Below are positions 50,673 to 61,971 of a DNA stretch of 64,000 nucleotides, piece by piece. The translations under genes were made by a program, and so were the position numbers. Source of the stretch: an uncultured delta proteobacterium. Lineage in GTDB: Bacteria > Desulfobacterota > Desulfobacteria > Desulfobacterales > QNYZ01. The DNA lies in the NCBI GenBank assembly GCA_963845145.1, contig CAWJQU010000005.1:448001-512000 (forward strand). The letters run 5' to 3'. The first letter of the stretch is position 1. Each line of letters opens with the position of its first letter. The notes below the pieces were generated by a model that was given only the letters and a program-made list of their open reading frames with translations, made no database searches and was not told the origin of the DNA.

Positions 50673-53143
50673 TGCGCCTTCGAACCATCTTGTTGGTTTT
50701 ATCTCTTTTGGCGTTTTTGTCCGCCTCTGTGGGTGGTTTCCTGTTTTACGCCACCCTGCGGACAGATGCGATCCAAGAGGCAGAGCGCCGAATGGTTTCC
50801 CGCCTGGACATGATCCATAAAAATATCGACTCGTTTCTCTCCGAAAACGTCAAGCCGGTTAAAACCTTGGCCGGGCTGCAGGAACTGCGTCAATTGCTGA
50901 CTGATCCTTCCGATCTGGGAACCCGCCAAAAAGCCAACGCCATTTTGGATCATTTCAAATATTCCCTTCAAACAGGGGTGTGCTATCTCATGGACGCCCA
51001 GGGCACGACCATCGCCTCCAGCAACCGTGATGATGCGGATAGCTTTGTGGGTGAAAATTTTGCCTTCCGTCCCTATTTCATCCAAGCTTTTGAGCGCGCA
51101 CCGGCCCGGTACCTGGCCCTGGGGGTGACGTCGGAAAAACGGGGGGCCTATTTCAGCTTTCCGGTATTTGATGATGACGAGGAGGCTATTATCGGTCTGG
51201 CCGTTATCAAGGCACCCATTGAAAATATTGAAAAACAGCTGGAGTTGCTCTCCGATGAGGTCGTACTGGTTACAGATCCCAATGGCGTCATTTTTATTTC
51301 TACGCGAACCGATTGGCTCTATCATACCCTGACACCACTCTCATCCACCCAGAAAGCCACCGTTGCCCTTTCGCGCCAATTTGGGCCAGGACCATGGAAC
51401 TGGGTAGGGCTCGATATCAAAGATGACAATACTGCCGTTGACCAGGACGGCCGGAACTATCTTTTTCACCGCATTAATCTGGAGAGCTATCCGGGATGGA
51501 AAATTCTGCACCTGCAAAGTCTTCAGGCCATTGCCGCGAATGTTTCCCGCCCACTGATTCAAATCGCCGGCCCCGTTATACTAACCTTATGCTTTCTGAT
51601 CGGTTTATCGGTATTTTTTCTGTACCGGAGGGCCAGCAGCGATATTTTGAGGCGTCGATCAGCGGAGATGGCCCTTCGTGAAGGCGAAGAAAGGTACCGA
51701 TCTTTGTATCATGACACACCCGCTATGCTCCACTCCATCGATGCCCAGGGACACTTGATCAGCGTCAGTGATTACTGGACCGAAGCCATGGGGTATGCAC
51801 GGGAAGAGGTCATCGGGAACCCATTGACCGGCTATCTCACAGTCCAATCACGGCAATATGCAAAACAGGTTATTTTCCCCGCTTTTTTTAAAACCGGGTT
51901 CTGCAAAGATGTGCCGTACCGTTTTGTAAAAAAAGACGGTGGCATCATCGATGTTTTATTGTCGGCCGTGGCGGTTCGGGACAAACAGGATAAAATAATT
52001 CGATCACTGGCTGTTTCCGTTGATGTTACCGAACGAAAAAAAGCGGCAGAAGCCCTGCGTCAGGCCAAAGAACAATTAAGCCGCTACTCAAAAGATTTAG
52101 AGCGCCAGGTAAAAGAGCGCACCCGGGAAATAACGGGCATCTTAAAATATACGCCCGATGTGGTCTATATTAAGGACCTTCAGGGGCGCTATGTACTGAT
52201 CAATACCCGCTATGAAGAGATTCTGGGACAAACGACTGCCCAGGTGCATGGTCGTATTGATACGGATATTCTTCCCGCCGGCGCGGCCAACGAACGGACA
52301 GCCAATGACCAAAGGGCGCTAACCGAGGGTCGTCCCGTCCAGGTGGAAGAGCATTTTCAACATAAGGATGGCGTTCACGATTACCTATCGGTAAAATTTC
52401 CATTGTACGATGATATGGGTCGGGCCAGCGGGGTTTGCAACATCTCTACGGATATCACCGCCGAAAAACGGGCCCGGGATCAGCTGCGTCGATTGTCGGC
52501 AGGGGTCATGGCCGCCCACGAAGCCGAGCGTTCCGCCATCGCCCGAGAATTACACGACGAGCTGGGGCAGGTACTCACGGCCCTTCGTATGGATTCGGTC
52601 TGGATGGCTGAACGGTTAAAAGAAATTGATGCCGAGGCCGCAAAACGGGCATTGGCCATGCGCGATCTGATCGACCAAAATATCGAGGACGTTCGCGGTT
52701 TAGCCATTCGTTTGCGGCCGGGCATTCTGGATGATCTGGGATTGGTGGACGCCCTTGAGTGGCTGACTGCTGATTTTGAGAAGCGGACGGAAATCACCTG
52801 TCTGTTTGAGCATCAAACAATTCCTTCTTTATCCAATGCGGTATCAACGGCCATTTACCGCATCACTCAGGAAGCACTGACCAATGTCGGTCGACACGCG
52901 CAAGCTGATCATGTGACGGTACGTTTATTTCTCAAAAACGGGGACCTGACTCTGGCCGTTATCGATGACGGCCGCGGATTCCATGTCGACACGCTGGCTC
53001 AATCGGAAGGGTTGGGGATTGTCGGTATTCAGGAGCGGGCGATGTTGGTAGGTGGTACCCTTAAGGTAACATCCGCTCCGCGCGAGGGGGCTCGAATCGG
53101 TTTGATCGTTCCCTTATCCGGCCATGGTGGAGGAAGCGCATGA
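50672..53143 (+). CDS. Sensor histidine kinase (DctB-like dCache, two PAS domains, HisKA_3)
   Basis: FAFRPYF; PAS/PAC repeats; ER..IARELHDELGQ; QEALTN; DDGRGF. Confidence 0.9.
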   Translation: MRLRTILLVLSLLAFLSASVGGFLFYATLRTDAIQEAERRMVSRLDMIHKNIDSFLSENVKPVKTLAGLQELRQLLTDPSDLGTRQKANAILDHFKYSLQTGVCYLMDAQGTTIASSNRDDADSFVGENFAFRPYFIQAFERAPARYLALGVTSEKRGAYFSFPVFDDDEEAIIGLAVIKAPIENIEKQLELLSDEVVLVTDPNGVIFISTRTDWLYHTLTPLSSTQKATVALSRQFGPGPWNWVGLDIKDDNTAVDQDGRNYLFHRINLESYPGWKILHLQSLQAIAANVSRPLIQIAGPVILTLCFLIGLSVFFLYRRASSDILRRRSAEMALREGEERYRSLYHDTPAMLHSIDAQGHLISVSDYWTEAMGYAREEVIGNPLTGYLTVQSRQYAKQVIFPAFFKTGFCKDVPYRFVKKDGGIIDVLLSAVAVRDKQDKIIRSLAVSVDVTERKKAAEALRQAKEQLSRYSKDLERQVKERTREITGILKYTPDVVYIKDLQGRYVLINTRYEEILGQTTAQVHGRIDTDILPAGAANERTANDQRALTEGRPVQVEEHFQHKDGVHDYLSVKFPLYDDMGRASGVCNISTDITAEKRARDQLRRLSAGVMAAHEAERSAIARELHDELGQVLTALRMDSVWMAERLKEIDAEAAKRALAMRDLIDQNIEDVRGLAIRLRPGILDDLGLVDALEWLTADFEKRTEITCLFEHQTIPSLSNAVSTAIYRITQEALTNVGRHAQADHVTVRLFLKNGDLTLAVIDDGRGFHVDTLAQSEGLGIVGIQERAMLVGGTLKVTSAPREGARIGLIVPLSGHGGGSA

Positions 53144-53778
53144 TACGTGTTTTATTGGCGGATGATCATAGCATTGTTCGTGACGGATTGCGTCGCATCA
53201 TTGAGGCCAACGGCCAGATGTCCGTGGTGGCAGAAACCGCCGATGGCCATGATGCCGTCACCCAGGCCCGCCAAACAAAACCGGATGTGGCAGTGATCGA
53301 TATCTCCATGCCGGGGCTGGATGGGCTCGAGGTTACTAGTCGCCTGGCAAACTATTGTCCGGATTTGCCTGTTCTGATTTTAACCATGCACGAAGAGGAT
53401 CAATACATCATTCGGGCCATAGAAGCCGGCGCCAAAGGATATATCACCAAACGATCCGCACCGGAACAACTGGTGAATGCGATTGAAAGGATTCACCAGG
53501 GCGGCCGGTATCTTACGGACGCAGCCACGGAAGTCCTGGCTCTGCGTGTGGCCAAGGGAGGCAGGGATCGTTCGCCGCTGGACACCCTTTCCATGCGTGA
53601 GCTGCAAGTGTTGCGCCGACTGGCCAAAGGCCATACCAATCGGGAAATCGCCGAAACTTACGGCATCAGCATCAAGACGGTGGATACCTATCGTGCCCGC
53701 CTGCTAAAAAAACTCAGTTTGCGCAACAATGCCGAGTTGTCACGCTTTGCTATTTTAAATAAACTGATTGACGTCTAA
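53140..53778 (+). CDS. NarL/FixJ-family response regulator
   Basis: LADDH, DISMPG, LSMRE...ISIKTVDTYR LuxR HTH. Confidence 0.93.
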   Translation: MIRVLLADDHSIVRDGLRRIIEANGQMSVVAETADGHDAVTQARQTKPDVAVIDISMPGLDGLEVTSRLANYCPDLPVLILTMHEEDQYIIRAIEAGAKGYITKRSAPEQLVNAIERIHQGGRYLTDAATEVLALRVAKGGRDRSPLDTLSMRELQVLRRLAKGHTNREIAETYGISIKTVDTYRARLLKKLSLRNNAELSRFAILNKLIDV

Positions 53779-53801
53779 AGATTGCGATTACAAAACTCGC
53801 G

Positions 53802-53842
53802 TGTAAGAAAAAATACGACACAACAATCAGAAATACTCCAAT
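53802..53842. promoter_or_regulatory. Possible binding site pair for the adjacent response regulator
   Basis: Imperfect dyad TGTAAGAAAAAATACGACA followed by a similar AATCAGAAATACTCCAAT abutting TTGACG. Confidence 0.35.
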
Positions 53843-54199
53843 TGACGATTCTGAAATTATTTAATAAATTCATAGTTAATTCATTCGTAAGTTCTTCTAA
53901 TAATCTTAGCTAGATTCGAATACTTCTGGCCGGAAACCTCGTAACTTCAACATTTACGCCACCTCGTTTCTGGAAGGGGCCTGATTAACAAATAAGGATA
54001 AAAATAAAAAAAAGGAGGTGTCTGCCACGGTCAGTTCATAACATGAAAGGGAAAATCCCGAAAAGCGGTATTTGTGGAAGAGTATATGTCATCTTCCCCT
54101 CATTTTTAATAACGTTGCAGGGGCGGTTTTAACAGGGGCAGCTTTAAAAGGTTCGATTTTGAATTTGTCTCGTTCAAACTATTTTAGGAGGAGTTTAAA

Positions 54200-55174
54200 A
54201 TGAAACAAAAGTTTTTTAATGTGATTGTCGGCCTGTGTGCATTTTCAATGATAACTTTTATTTTTTCCGTGAATTCGTTTGCCAAGGAGAGAATCGTTTT
54301 CGGCGGCGGTCCCGCTGGCGGAACATTCCAGGTGGTTGCCAACGGCATTCAGGTTTATAAACCGGTTAAAGAGGTAACAGATTTTACCGTAAAGGCGCAA
54401 TCATCGGCCGGTTCGGTGGAAAATTTAAGGAAAACCAATTCCGGCAAACAGCAAATGAGTGTCGTCTATTCCGGTCATGTGTTCCTGGGTATGAACGGGA
54501 TGATGAAAAATGATACCAAGAAATATACCGATGTACTCGCGGTGGCCTGGCTTTATGGTGCTCCGGCGCAGCTGGTGACCAAAAAGGGATCCGGCATCAA
54601 TAGCGTTAAGGATCTTGCCGGAAAAAAAGTGGGTGTCGGCAATGCCGGTTCCGGAGCTTTTGCCAACTGTGAGCTGTTTTTCAGCCACATGGGTGTCTGG
54701 GACAAGATCGAGCGAAATGCCATGGGGTACAATGATGCCGCAGCCGCCTTCGGTAACAATCAGCTGGATGCATTCTGGCTTTTTACCGCCTTTCCGAGTG
54801 GTGCCGTAATTATGGCCGCCCAGACCAACGACATCGCCCTGCTCGACCTGGACAAGGATGCCGAAGCTTCCGGTTTTTATAAAAAATATCCTTATTTCGG
54901 GAAACTGGCAGTGCCTGCCGGAACTTACCGGGGCGTGGACTATGACGCAGGTTCGTTCCAGGATAGCGCGCTGTGGGTGGCCAATTCCAAGGTGTCTGAC
55001 GATACGATTTACAAGCTCCTTTCACTCATCTATACAGATGAGGGGTTGAAGCATATGGTCGATCAGAAAAAAACCTTCAAGAACATGAGTTTGAAAACCG
55101 GCGCCACCAATATCGTGACACCATTCCATCCGGGTGCCGAGAAGTTCTGGAAAGAAAAAGGCATGCTGAAATAA
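54200..55174 (+). CDS. TAXI-family TRAP transporter solute-binding protein
   Basis: Signal peptide; GGGPAGGTF, SAGSVEN, GNAGSG, PFHPGA. Confidence 0.92.
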   Translation: MKQKFFNVIVGLCAFSMITFIFSVNSFAKERIVFGGGPAGGTFQVVANGIQVYKPVKEVTDFTVKAQSSAGSVENLRKTNSGKQQMSVVYSGHVFLGMNGMMKNDTKKYTDVLAVAWLYGAPAQLVTKKGSGINSVKDLAGKKVGVGNAGSGAFANCELFFSHMGVWDKIERNAMGYNDAAAAFGNNQLDAFWLFTAFPSGAVIMAAQTNDIALLDLDKDAEASGFYKKYPYFGKLAVPAGTYRGVDYDAGSFQDSALWVANSKVSDDTIYKLLSLIYTDEGLKHMVDQKKTFKNMSLKTGATNIVTPFHPGAEKFWKEKGMLK

Positions 55175-55199
55175 AAGTGGATCTATGCTCCATAATACA

Positions 55200-55290
55200 A
55201 GATGCAAAATACAGGATGGTGTCATGATATCCATTCGCCATGAAAAACCGTCCAAAGCTTCTGGATTCTCACATCCTGTGTTTTGTATCT
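55200..55290 (+). repeat. Intercistronic inverted repeat (19-bp RNA stem)
   Basis: AGATGCAAAATACAGGATG (55200-55218) pairs with CATCCTGTGTTTTGTATCT (55272-55290), including two G-U pairs. Confidence 0.7.
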
Positions 55291-55336
55291 ATTACCTTCG
55301 ATATCCGGCGTAACACATGGAAAGAGATGGTGAAAC

Positions 55337-57253
55337 ATGTATGACAAGTTAAAGAATTTTGAAAAAATCATCTTTGATATTCTGGCTGTTAGCCTCGTGC
55401 TGTTTTACTCCTACTCCGCCGTAGTCGCGCCGGCGTCTACCCAGTACCACCGGGGAATCTACGTCATCATTACTTATGTACTGGTTTTTTTGTTATATCA
55501 ATCCAAATCAAAAAAATGGCCTGGCTTAAACCCTGTTCTCCGGGCAGTCGATTACCTGTTGATCCTGCTTTCAATTGTTACCATCGGATACTGGATACTA
55601 AATTTTGAAGTCATCAACTACCGTACCGGCGCTGAAACGCCATTGGACATGGCCCTTGCAATGATCGGGGTTCTCATCGGCGTAGAGCTGGCCCGGCGGG
55701 TGGTGGGCAATATTTTTGTTGTTATCGGCACCCTTATGCTCCTCTATGGTGTCTATGGGGCTTACTTTCCAGATATCATTTCCCATGCCGGTGACTCGTT
55801 CCCCGAATTGTGCACCAGTATATTTTATAAAAGTGATGGTGTGTTTGGCATCATGGCCAATGTTCTCGCCACTTACGTGATTCTTTTTGTTCTTTTCGGA
55901 GCGTTTCTGGAAAAATGTGGTGCCCAGAAATTTTTTATTGACTGGCCCTTGGCGGCCGTGGGTCATCGAATTGGCGGGCCCGCAAAGGTGTCTGTCATCG
56001 CCAGCGGCCTTTTCGGTTCCATCTCCGGCAGCGCCATCGCCAATACCGTGTCTACCGGTGCATTTACCATTCCCATGATGAAAAAGGCCGGTTTTAGACC
56101 CCACATCGCCGGCGGTATCGAGCCGGCGGCTTCCATCGGCGGGATGTTCATGCCCCCGATCATGGGTGCGGGCGGATTCATCATGGCGGAGCTGACGGGT
56201 CTGCCGTATTCCCAAATTATGTTGGTGGCCATCTTCCCTGCCATTATGTATTTTTTCAGTGTATATGTTATGGTCCACTACGAAGCGAAGAAGCATAATA
56301 TCATCGGTGAAAAATCAGAACAGAGCGCTATGGAGATCCTGAAAAAAGAATGGATCTATATCTTGCCCCTCGTGGTGATAACGATTTTTATGCTCACCGG
56401 CTATTCCCCGGGATTTTCAGCTATCTTAGGGCTGGCCACCTGCATCGCCGTCAGTTTTAAGGAAGAAAAAACCCGTATTGATTTAGCTTTCGCGGTCATT
56501 ATGGTGGTTGTCATTTTGGGCTCCTTTCTGAACATGGCCTCAGACGACATGGTCATTTCAGCAAACAAGCTGGTGATCATCGGTGTAATTGGGTATTTTA
56601 TTTTCCTCTTTTTCCGAAAAAACCGGCGCGAGCGTGTCGGGTATGAATTGAAACAATTTATGGAAGCGGCCAGGTCCGGGACGGAAAACAGCCTTAAAAT
56701 CGGTGCCACTGTGGGGGTTATCGGCATTATCATCGGCGTGCTCACCTTCAGCGGTCTGGTACTGACCTTTGCAGATATTGTTATCGAACTTGCGGGGGGC
56801 TCACTGGTTTTAACCATACTTTTAATCGCACTGGCTTCCCTGGTTCTCGGCATGGGTGTTCCGGTTACCGCAGCCTATCTCATCACTGCCGTGGTGGCAG
56901 TACCTGCCCTGACCCACCTGGGTGTTAATGAAATCGCCGCCCACATGATTGTTTACTGGTTGTCCCAGGACTCCAATATCACGCCACCGGTCTGCATTGC
57001 CGCCTTTGCCGGGGCGACCATCGCCAAGGCCAATATGTGGCGAACCGCCTTTGCATCCTTTAAATTTGCCAAGTTCCTGTACCTGGGGCCGTTTTTATTC
57101 GGTTATGTCCCGGGCTTTTCTTTGAACGGAAGCCACATGGATATTATCAAAGCTTTCGTGCTGATTATACTCGGAACCTGGGCATATTCATGGATTTTAA
57201 GCGGTATTTGGATAAAGCAAATCACCGGCCTGTTTAAGAAAGCACCCGCCTGA
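55337..57253 (+). CDS. TRAP transporter fused permease (4TM/12TM)
   Basis: GGPAKV, GSISGSAIAN, ASIGG..MPPIMG, LGMGVP, ITPPV. Confidence 0.92.
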   Translation: MYDKLKNFEKIIFDILAVSLVLFYSYSAVVAPASTQYHRGIYVIITYVLVFLLYQSKSKKWPGLNPVLRAVDYLLILLSIVTIGYWILNFEVINYRTGAETPLDMALAMIGVLIGVELARRVVGNIFVVIGTLMLLYGVYGAYFPDIISHAGDSFPELCTSIFYKSDGVFGIMANVLATYVILFVLFGAFLEKCGAQKFFIDWPLAAVGHRIGGPAKVSVIASGLFGSISGSAIANTVSTGAFTIPMMKKAGFRPHIAGGIEPAASIGGMFMPPIMGAGGFIMAELTGLPYSQIMLVAIFPAIMYFFSVYVMVHYEAKKHNIIGEKSEQSAMEILKKEWIYILPLVVITIFMLTGYSPGFSAILGLATCIAVSFKEEKTRIDLAFAVIMVVVILGSFLNMASDDMVISANKLVIIGVIGYFIFLFFRKNRRERVGYELKQFMEAARSGTENSLKIGATVGVIGIIIGVLTFSGLVLTFADIVIELAGGSLVLTILLIALASLVLGMGVPVTAAYLITAVVAVPALTHLGVNEIAAHMIVYWLSQDSNITPPVCIAAFAGATIAKANMWRTAFASFKFAKFLYLGPFLFGYVPGFSLNGSHMDIIKAFVLIILGTWAYSWILSGIWIKQITGLFKKAPA

Positions 57254-57303
57254 AAAATCGAGCCGAGCCGGCCGGCCAACACCAAAAAACGAGGTAAACC
57301 ACA

Positions 57304-57828
57304 TTGTCTATTCCAACGGTTGAAATAAACAAAATACTCTATGCCACGGACTTATCGGAAAATGCCCACCATGCCCTGGCCTATGCCGTCAGCTTAGCCG
57401 AGCAATACCGGGCCAGGCTTTCTTTGATCCACGTCCTCGAAGATACTTCCGATCTCGATGAAAAGGTGATCGGGTATATCTCAAGGGACCACTGGGATGA
57501 GATCAAAAAAGGACACGAAACAGAGGCGCGCACCACATTAACCGGGAAATTGAGAGGTCGAGGAGCCTTTGCGGCGGTTCTGGGCCAGATCAACGAGAAT
57601 GTGCGGGCCGGAATCCCTGAACCCCGTTTTAAAACCGGGGATATCCTCGTAATGCGCGGCAATCCCGTGGAAGAAATTATCGAGCAATCCCAGATGATCG
57701 GCGCAGATCTGCTGGTCATGGGGACCCACGGCCAGGGCACTCTTAAAGATGCCATGATGGGCAGTACGGCCCGGCGAATTCTGAGACGGTCGAAAATACC
57801 GGTACTGGTTGTCCGGTTGCCCAAATAA
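57304..57828 (+). CDS. Universal stress protein
   Basis: KILYATDLSE; DLLVMGTHG; MGSTA..ILR.S.IPVLVV. Confidence 0.92.
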   Translation: MSIPTVEINKILYATDLSENAHHALAYAVSLAEQYRARLSLIHVLEDTSDLDEKVIGYISRDHWDEIKKGHETEARTTLTGKLRGRGAFAAVLGQINENVRAGIPEPRFKTGDILVMRGNPVEEIIEQSQMIGADLLVMGTHGQGTLKDAMMGSTARRILRRSKIPVLVVRLPK

Positions 57829-57933
57829 TATAGTCTGCCGGTGTACCTACCCGCCAAGCAACCAGTGGTACATATTCCGGGTCACTTTATATGACGGTTT
57901 GAAGCGCTATTTTGCTTTAACCGGCAAACCGCT

Positions 57934-60378
57934 CTACATGTCCAGTTTGAAAAACGCCTCCGAACCACTGATGGTGCCCGGCTTCTTGGCGTACTCCGTG
58001 GGTGCCGTGCCTTCCTTGAAACATTCGAAAATGGTTTTTTCCGATTCGGGGATAGATAGCAAACCGGTTTTGGCATCGATTTTGGCGAACATTACGCCCT
58101 CGGGCACCTGAAAGACACGAATGGGCTTTCCTTCCAGGACACGTTGCATGAAGCCCAGCCAAATCGGACTGGCACTTCGGGCACCGTTTTCTCCCCGGCC
58201 CAGCGTCTCTTGATCATCAAAACCAACCCATGTACCGGTGACATAACGGGGCGTATACCCCATAAACCATGCGTCGTAGAGATCGTTGCTAGTGCCGGTC
58301 TTTCCGGCGGCGGGACGTTTAAGCGCCTTGATCCGCTGCCCGGTGCCATTTTTAACGACACCTTCCAATAAATTGGTCATGATATAGGCGGTGCTGGGTG
58401 ACAGCACTTTTTTTCTCGTCAGGGCGGCTTCTTCGATCACGTTGCCATCGCGATCCACAATCTTAGTGACAAATACCGGTGGTACATAAAAGCCGCGATT
58501 GGCAAAAACCGAATAGGTCGCGGTCAATTCCAGCAGCGACACCCCCGATGACCCCAGCGCAATCGAGAGATCTCGGCTTAATTCGGACGTGATGCCCATA
58601 TTATGCGCATAGTCGATGACATAGTCCACGCCGATATCTTTTAGAATCTTGATGGTTACAACATTTATCGATTTAGCCAGCGCCTCACGCAACAAAGTTC
58701 GGCCATAAAACTTATTCCCATAATTTTTCGGTTTCCAGGTGAAATCCATGGATGTCTCTTTATAAATCACCGGTGAGTCGATAATTGCCGTTGCAGACGT
58801 ATACCCCTTATCCAAAGCCGCCGCATAAACAATCGGCTTAAATGCCGAACCGGGTTGACGACGGGATTGGATGGCCCGATTAAACTGGGTTTTAAGAAAA
58901 TCTCTCCCCCCGATCATGGCTTTAATTTGGCCGGACTCCGTTTCCAGACAGATCATGGCGGCCTGGGCGGTTGGGGCCTGTTCCAGAAGGACGTCCCACT
59001 GATCGGCGGCTTTTCGTTTTTTGTCTATCTTGACTTCGATGACATCGCCTTTTTTGAGCGCTTTACTGATTCGTTTCAGCGACGCCTTTTTATACGATAC
59101 CTTCGAGTTAGGCGGACGGGCCCATTTCATGGTTTTAAGTTGAATATAGCCGCTCTCTTTACCGATCTGAACGGTCGCCACCTTTTTTTTATCGCTGACG
59201 GCGATGACGACCGCTTTGACCCGTTTTCCAGGTGCAAGGCCACCCATCTTTTCAATTTCATCGGTCCGGGCCCGGTTAAATGCTTCGATTTCATCAGGTT
59301 CAAGACTTTTTAGGGGTCCGCGGAAGCCTCGGCGTTTATCCAGATCCAGAAGCCCTTTCTCGACTTCCTCTCGGGCGATTTTTTGCATTTCGATGTTCAC
59401 CGACGTAAAGATTGTCAATCCACTGCGGTAGAGTGCGTCCGTACCATGTTTCTTTTCAACATAGCGGCGAACATGTTCGGTATAATAAGGCACCTCATCA
59501 AGAAAGAGGTTGCGTCGCGGTTGTATATCGAGTTTTTGATCGATGGCCTCGGTGGCCTGTAAATTGGTGATATACCCTTCGTCAAGCATGCGATTGATGA
59601 CGTATATGCGTCGCAAATTGGCCTTATCAAGCGCATGAAACGGCGAATAGCGGCTGGGCGCCTGGGGTAATCCGGCCAAAATGGCACATTCGGCCAGGGT
59701 TAGCTCCTCAACCGTTTTATTAAAGTAGTTGTCAGCGGCCGCTCCCACACCATAGGCACCATGCCCCAGATAGATCTGGTTCAAATATAAAAACAGTATT
59801 TCATCCTTGGTTAAAAATTTCTCAATCCGATAAGCCAAAATGGCTTCTTTTAGCTTACGGTTATAGTTACGCGCTGGGGTCAGAAAAAAAGACTTCGTTA
59901 CCTGTTGGGTAATAGTACTGCCGCCCTGCACAATAGTACCCGCTTTCAGGTTTTTAATGAATGCCCGCAGAACGCTGTAAAAATCGATCCCCTTATGTTG
60001 ATAAAAGCGGGAATCTTCGGCGGAAACAAACGCCTTTTTTAACTGGTCGGGCATCTCCGTCAAGGGGACGATAATGCGGCGCTCCTTGAAGAATTCGCCA
60101 ATCTTGCGCCCGTCGTCAGAATACATGGTTGTAATAATCGGCGGCCGGTAGTCAGCCAGGGAAGTGATTTTCGGCAGATCCTCACTAAAGTAATAGTATC
60201 CGCCGAAGGCCAGGGCCGCAGCGACTATCACCATTACCAGGGATAGCAGGAATCCCCATTTTACGAGTCGAAAAATCCAATTTCTTTTAGTCAGGCGGCC
60301 CCGCTTTTTGATAATCGCCGACCTTGTCCTGGGGGCTTCCGCCGACATAGTCCACTTTTTAGGGTCCTGGTCGTCCAT
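57934..60378 (-). CDS. mrcA: Penicillin-binding protein 1A
   Basis: EDSRF, GGSTITQQ (transglycosylase); SAFK, SIN, KTG (transpeptidase). Confidence 0.92.
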   Translation of the reverse strand: MDDQDPKKWTMSAEAPRTRSAIIKKRGRLTKRNWIFRLVKWGFLLSLVMVIVAAALAFGGYYYFSEDLPKITSLADYRPPIITTMYSDDGRKIGEFFKERRIIVPLTEMPDQLKKAFVSAEDSRFYQHKGIDFYSVLRAFIKNLKAGTIVQGGSTITQQVTKSFFLTPARNYNRKLKEAILAYRIEKFLTKDEILFLYLNQIYLGHGAYGVGAAADNYFNKTVEELTLAECAILAGLPQAPSRYSPFHALDKANLRRIYVINRMLDEGYITNLQATEAIDQKLDIQPRRNLFLDEVPYYTEHVRRYVEKKHGTDALYRSGLTIFTSVNIEMQKIAREEVEKGLLDLDKRRGFRGPLKSLEPDEIEAFNRARTDEIEKMGGLAPGKRVKAVVIAVSDKKKVATVQIGKESGYIQLKTMKWARPPNSKVSYKKASLKRISKALKKGDVIEVKIDKKRKAADQWDVLLEQAPTAQAAMICLETESGQIKAMIGGRDFLKTQFNRAIQSRRQPGSAFKPIVYAAALDKGYTSATAIIDSPVIYKETSMDFTWKPKNYGNKFYGRTLLREALAKSINVVTIKILKDIGVDYVIDYAHNMGITSELSRDLSIALGSSGVSLLELTATYSVFANRGFYVPPVFVTKIVDRDGNVIEEAALTRKKVLSPSTAYIMTNLLEGVVKNGTGQRIKALKRPAAGKTGTSNDLYDAWFMGYTPRYVTGTWVGFDDQETLGRGENGARSASPIWLGFMQRVLEGKPIRVFQVPEGVMFAKIDAKTGLLSIPESEKTIFECFKEGTAPTEYAKKPGTISGSEAFFKLDM

Positions 60379-60683
60379 AACCGGGGTCCATATTTCGGTT
60401 TACGGTGATGATAAATAAACTATACAGTCTATTCCGGCTTCATAAAAAGTTCAAGATGCGACCCATTTTATTTTGTTGTCAGACGTCACAGATTTGACCT
60501 CAATAGGTGTAAAACAGGGAGCAACACAAATATTTTAGTGGTTAAAAATAATCACATTTTAACCGCGTGAACGTTTTCGTCAATGTAAAAGCGGGTTTAA
60601 AGCCGGATAATTAAATTGACTTTTTTTTTCATGCAGATTACACAATTGGGCTTATCTTTTATAGGTTAAGGAGTGTAACGGCC

Positions 60684-61061
60684 ATGGTAGACTTGGCTTT
60701 TGACAAAATGAAGGGCCTGTTGCCGGCCATAGCCCAGGATTATCGGTCCGGAGAAGTGCTGATGCTGGGATTTATGGATAAGGCCGCTTGGGAGAAAACC
60801 CTGGCCACGGGCAAGGCCACCTATTTCAGCCGTACGCGACAAGCGCTGTGGACCAAAGGAGAAACCTCGGGTCATCATCAGATCGTCAAAGAAATTAGAA
60901 TTGATTGTGACAATGATACCGTTTTGCTCAAGGTGGAACAATTGGGCGGCGGGGCTTGCCATACGGGCCATCACTCCTGCTTTTATCAAATACTGGCCGA
61001 CGGTCGGTTAGAGATTGATGGAACGCCGAATTTCGACCCACAGGAGGTGTATAATAAATGA
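60684..61061 (+). CDS. hisI: Phosphoribosyl-AMP cyclohydrolase
   Basis: [21 protein letters not shown]. Confidence 0.95.
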   Translation: MVDLAFDKMKGLLPAIAQDYRSGEVLMLGFMDKAAWEKTLATGKATYFSRTRQALWTKGETSGHHQIVKEIRIDCDNDTVLLKVEQLGGGACHTGHHSCFYQILADGRLEIDGTPNFDPQEVYNK

Positions 61062-61933
61062 GTTCGAAGTTGAAACTGGGTATTCCCAAGGGAAGCCTTC
61101 AAAACGCCACTATCGCCCTATTTAAACGATCCGGGTGGAATATAAATGTCAATGGCCGCAGTTATTTTCCTGAAATTGACGATGATGCGATTTCATGCGC
61201 CATCTGCAGGGCTCAGGAAATGCCCCGTTATGTTCAGGATGGTACCCTGGATGTGGGATTAACCGGGAGAGACTGGATTGCCGAGAATGAAAGTGATGTG
61301 CAGGTTGTGGCTGATCTGGTGTACTCCAAGGTAAGTGCGCGCCCCGCCCGCTGGGTATTGGCCGTACCCTATGATTCCCCCATTCATACCCTTTCCGATC
61401 TGGACGGAAAAACGATCGCCACCGAGCTGACCCACTTTACACGCAAATATTTTGCCGAGAGAGACATTCAGGTGACGGTAGAATTTTCCTGGGGAGCCAC
61501 CGAAGCCAAAGTCGTTTCCGGTTTGGCGGATGCTATCGTGGAGGTTACGGAAACCGAATCGACCATTAAAGCCCACGGGTTGCGCATCATTCATGAATTA
61601 ATGCAAACCAACACGCAGGTGATTGCCAATCGTCTTGCCTGGAAAGTCCCTGAAAAAAGAGAAAAAATCGAGCAGATTACCCTTTTGCTCAAAGGTGCCC
61701 TGCTTGGGGATCAGCTGGTGGGTTTGAAAATGAATGTCCCCAAGGACAAAATGCAACAGGTGATTGACCTGCTTCCCAGCCTCAATGCGCCCACGGTGGC
61801 GAGCTTGTATCAGACCGAATGGTTTTCGGTGGAATCCATGGTGGACCGAAACGTCATGCGTGATCTGATACCGAATTTAATCCGGGCCGGGGCCGAGGGA
61901 ATTATCGAGTATCCCCTCAACAAAGTCGTGTAG
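61058..61933 (+). CDS. hisG: ATP phosphoribosyltransferase (long form)
   Basis: IPKGSL, RAQEMP, GLTGRD, GATE, C-terminal regulatory domain. Confidence 0.95.
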   Translation: MSSKLKLGIPKGSLQNATIALFKRSGWNINVNGRSYFPEIDDDAISCAICRAQEMPRYVQDGTLDVGLTGRDWIAENESDVQVVADLVYSKVSARPARWVLAVPYDSPIHTLSDLDGKTIATELTHFTRKYFAERDIQVTVEFSWGATEAKVVSGLADAIVEVTETESTIKAHGLRIIHELMQTNTQVIANRLAWKVPEKREKIEQITLLLKGALLGDQLVGLKMNVPKDKMQQVIDLLPSLNAPTVASLYQTEWFSVESMVDRNVMRDLIPNLIRAGAEGIIEYPLNKVV

Positions 61934-61971
61934 CCACCGGTTATCTATAACCTACTGCATATATAGATTAA

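Noticed and set aside
54008..54060. Leader peptide behind the strong AAGGAGGTG in the TAXI 5' region
   Set aside because: No start codon at a usable spacing and no convincing ORF.
60379..60683. His attenuator upstream of hisI
   Set aside because: No His-rich leader ORF or terminator/antiterminator was found.
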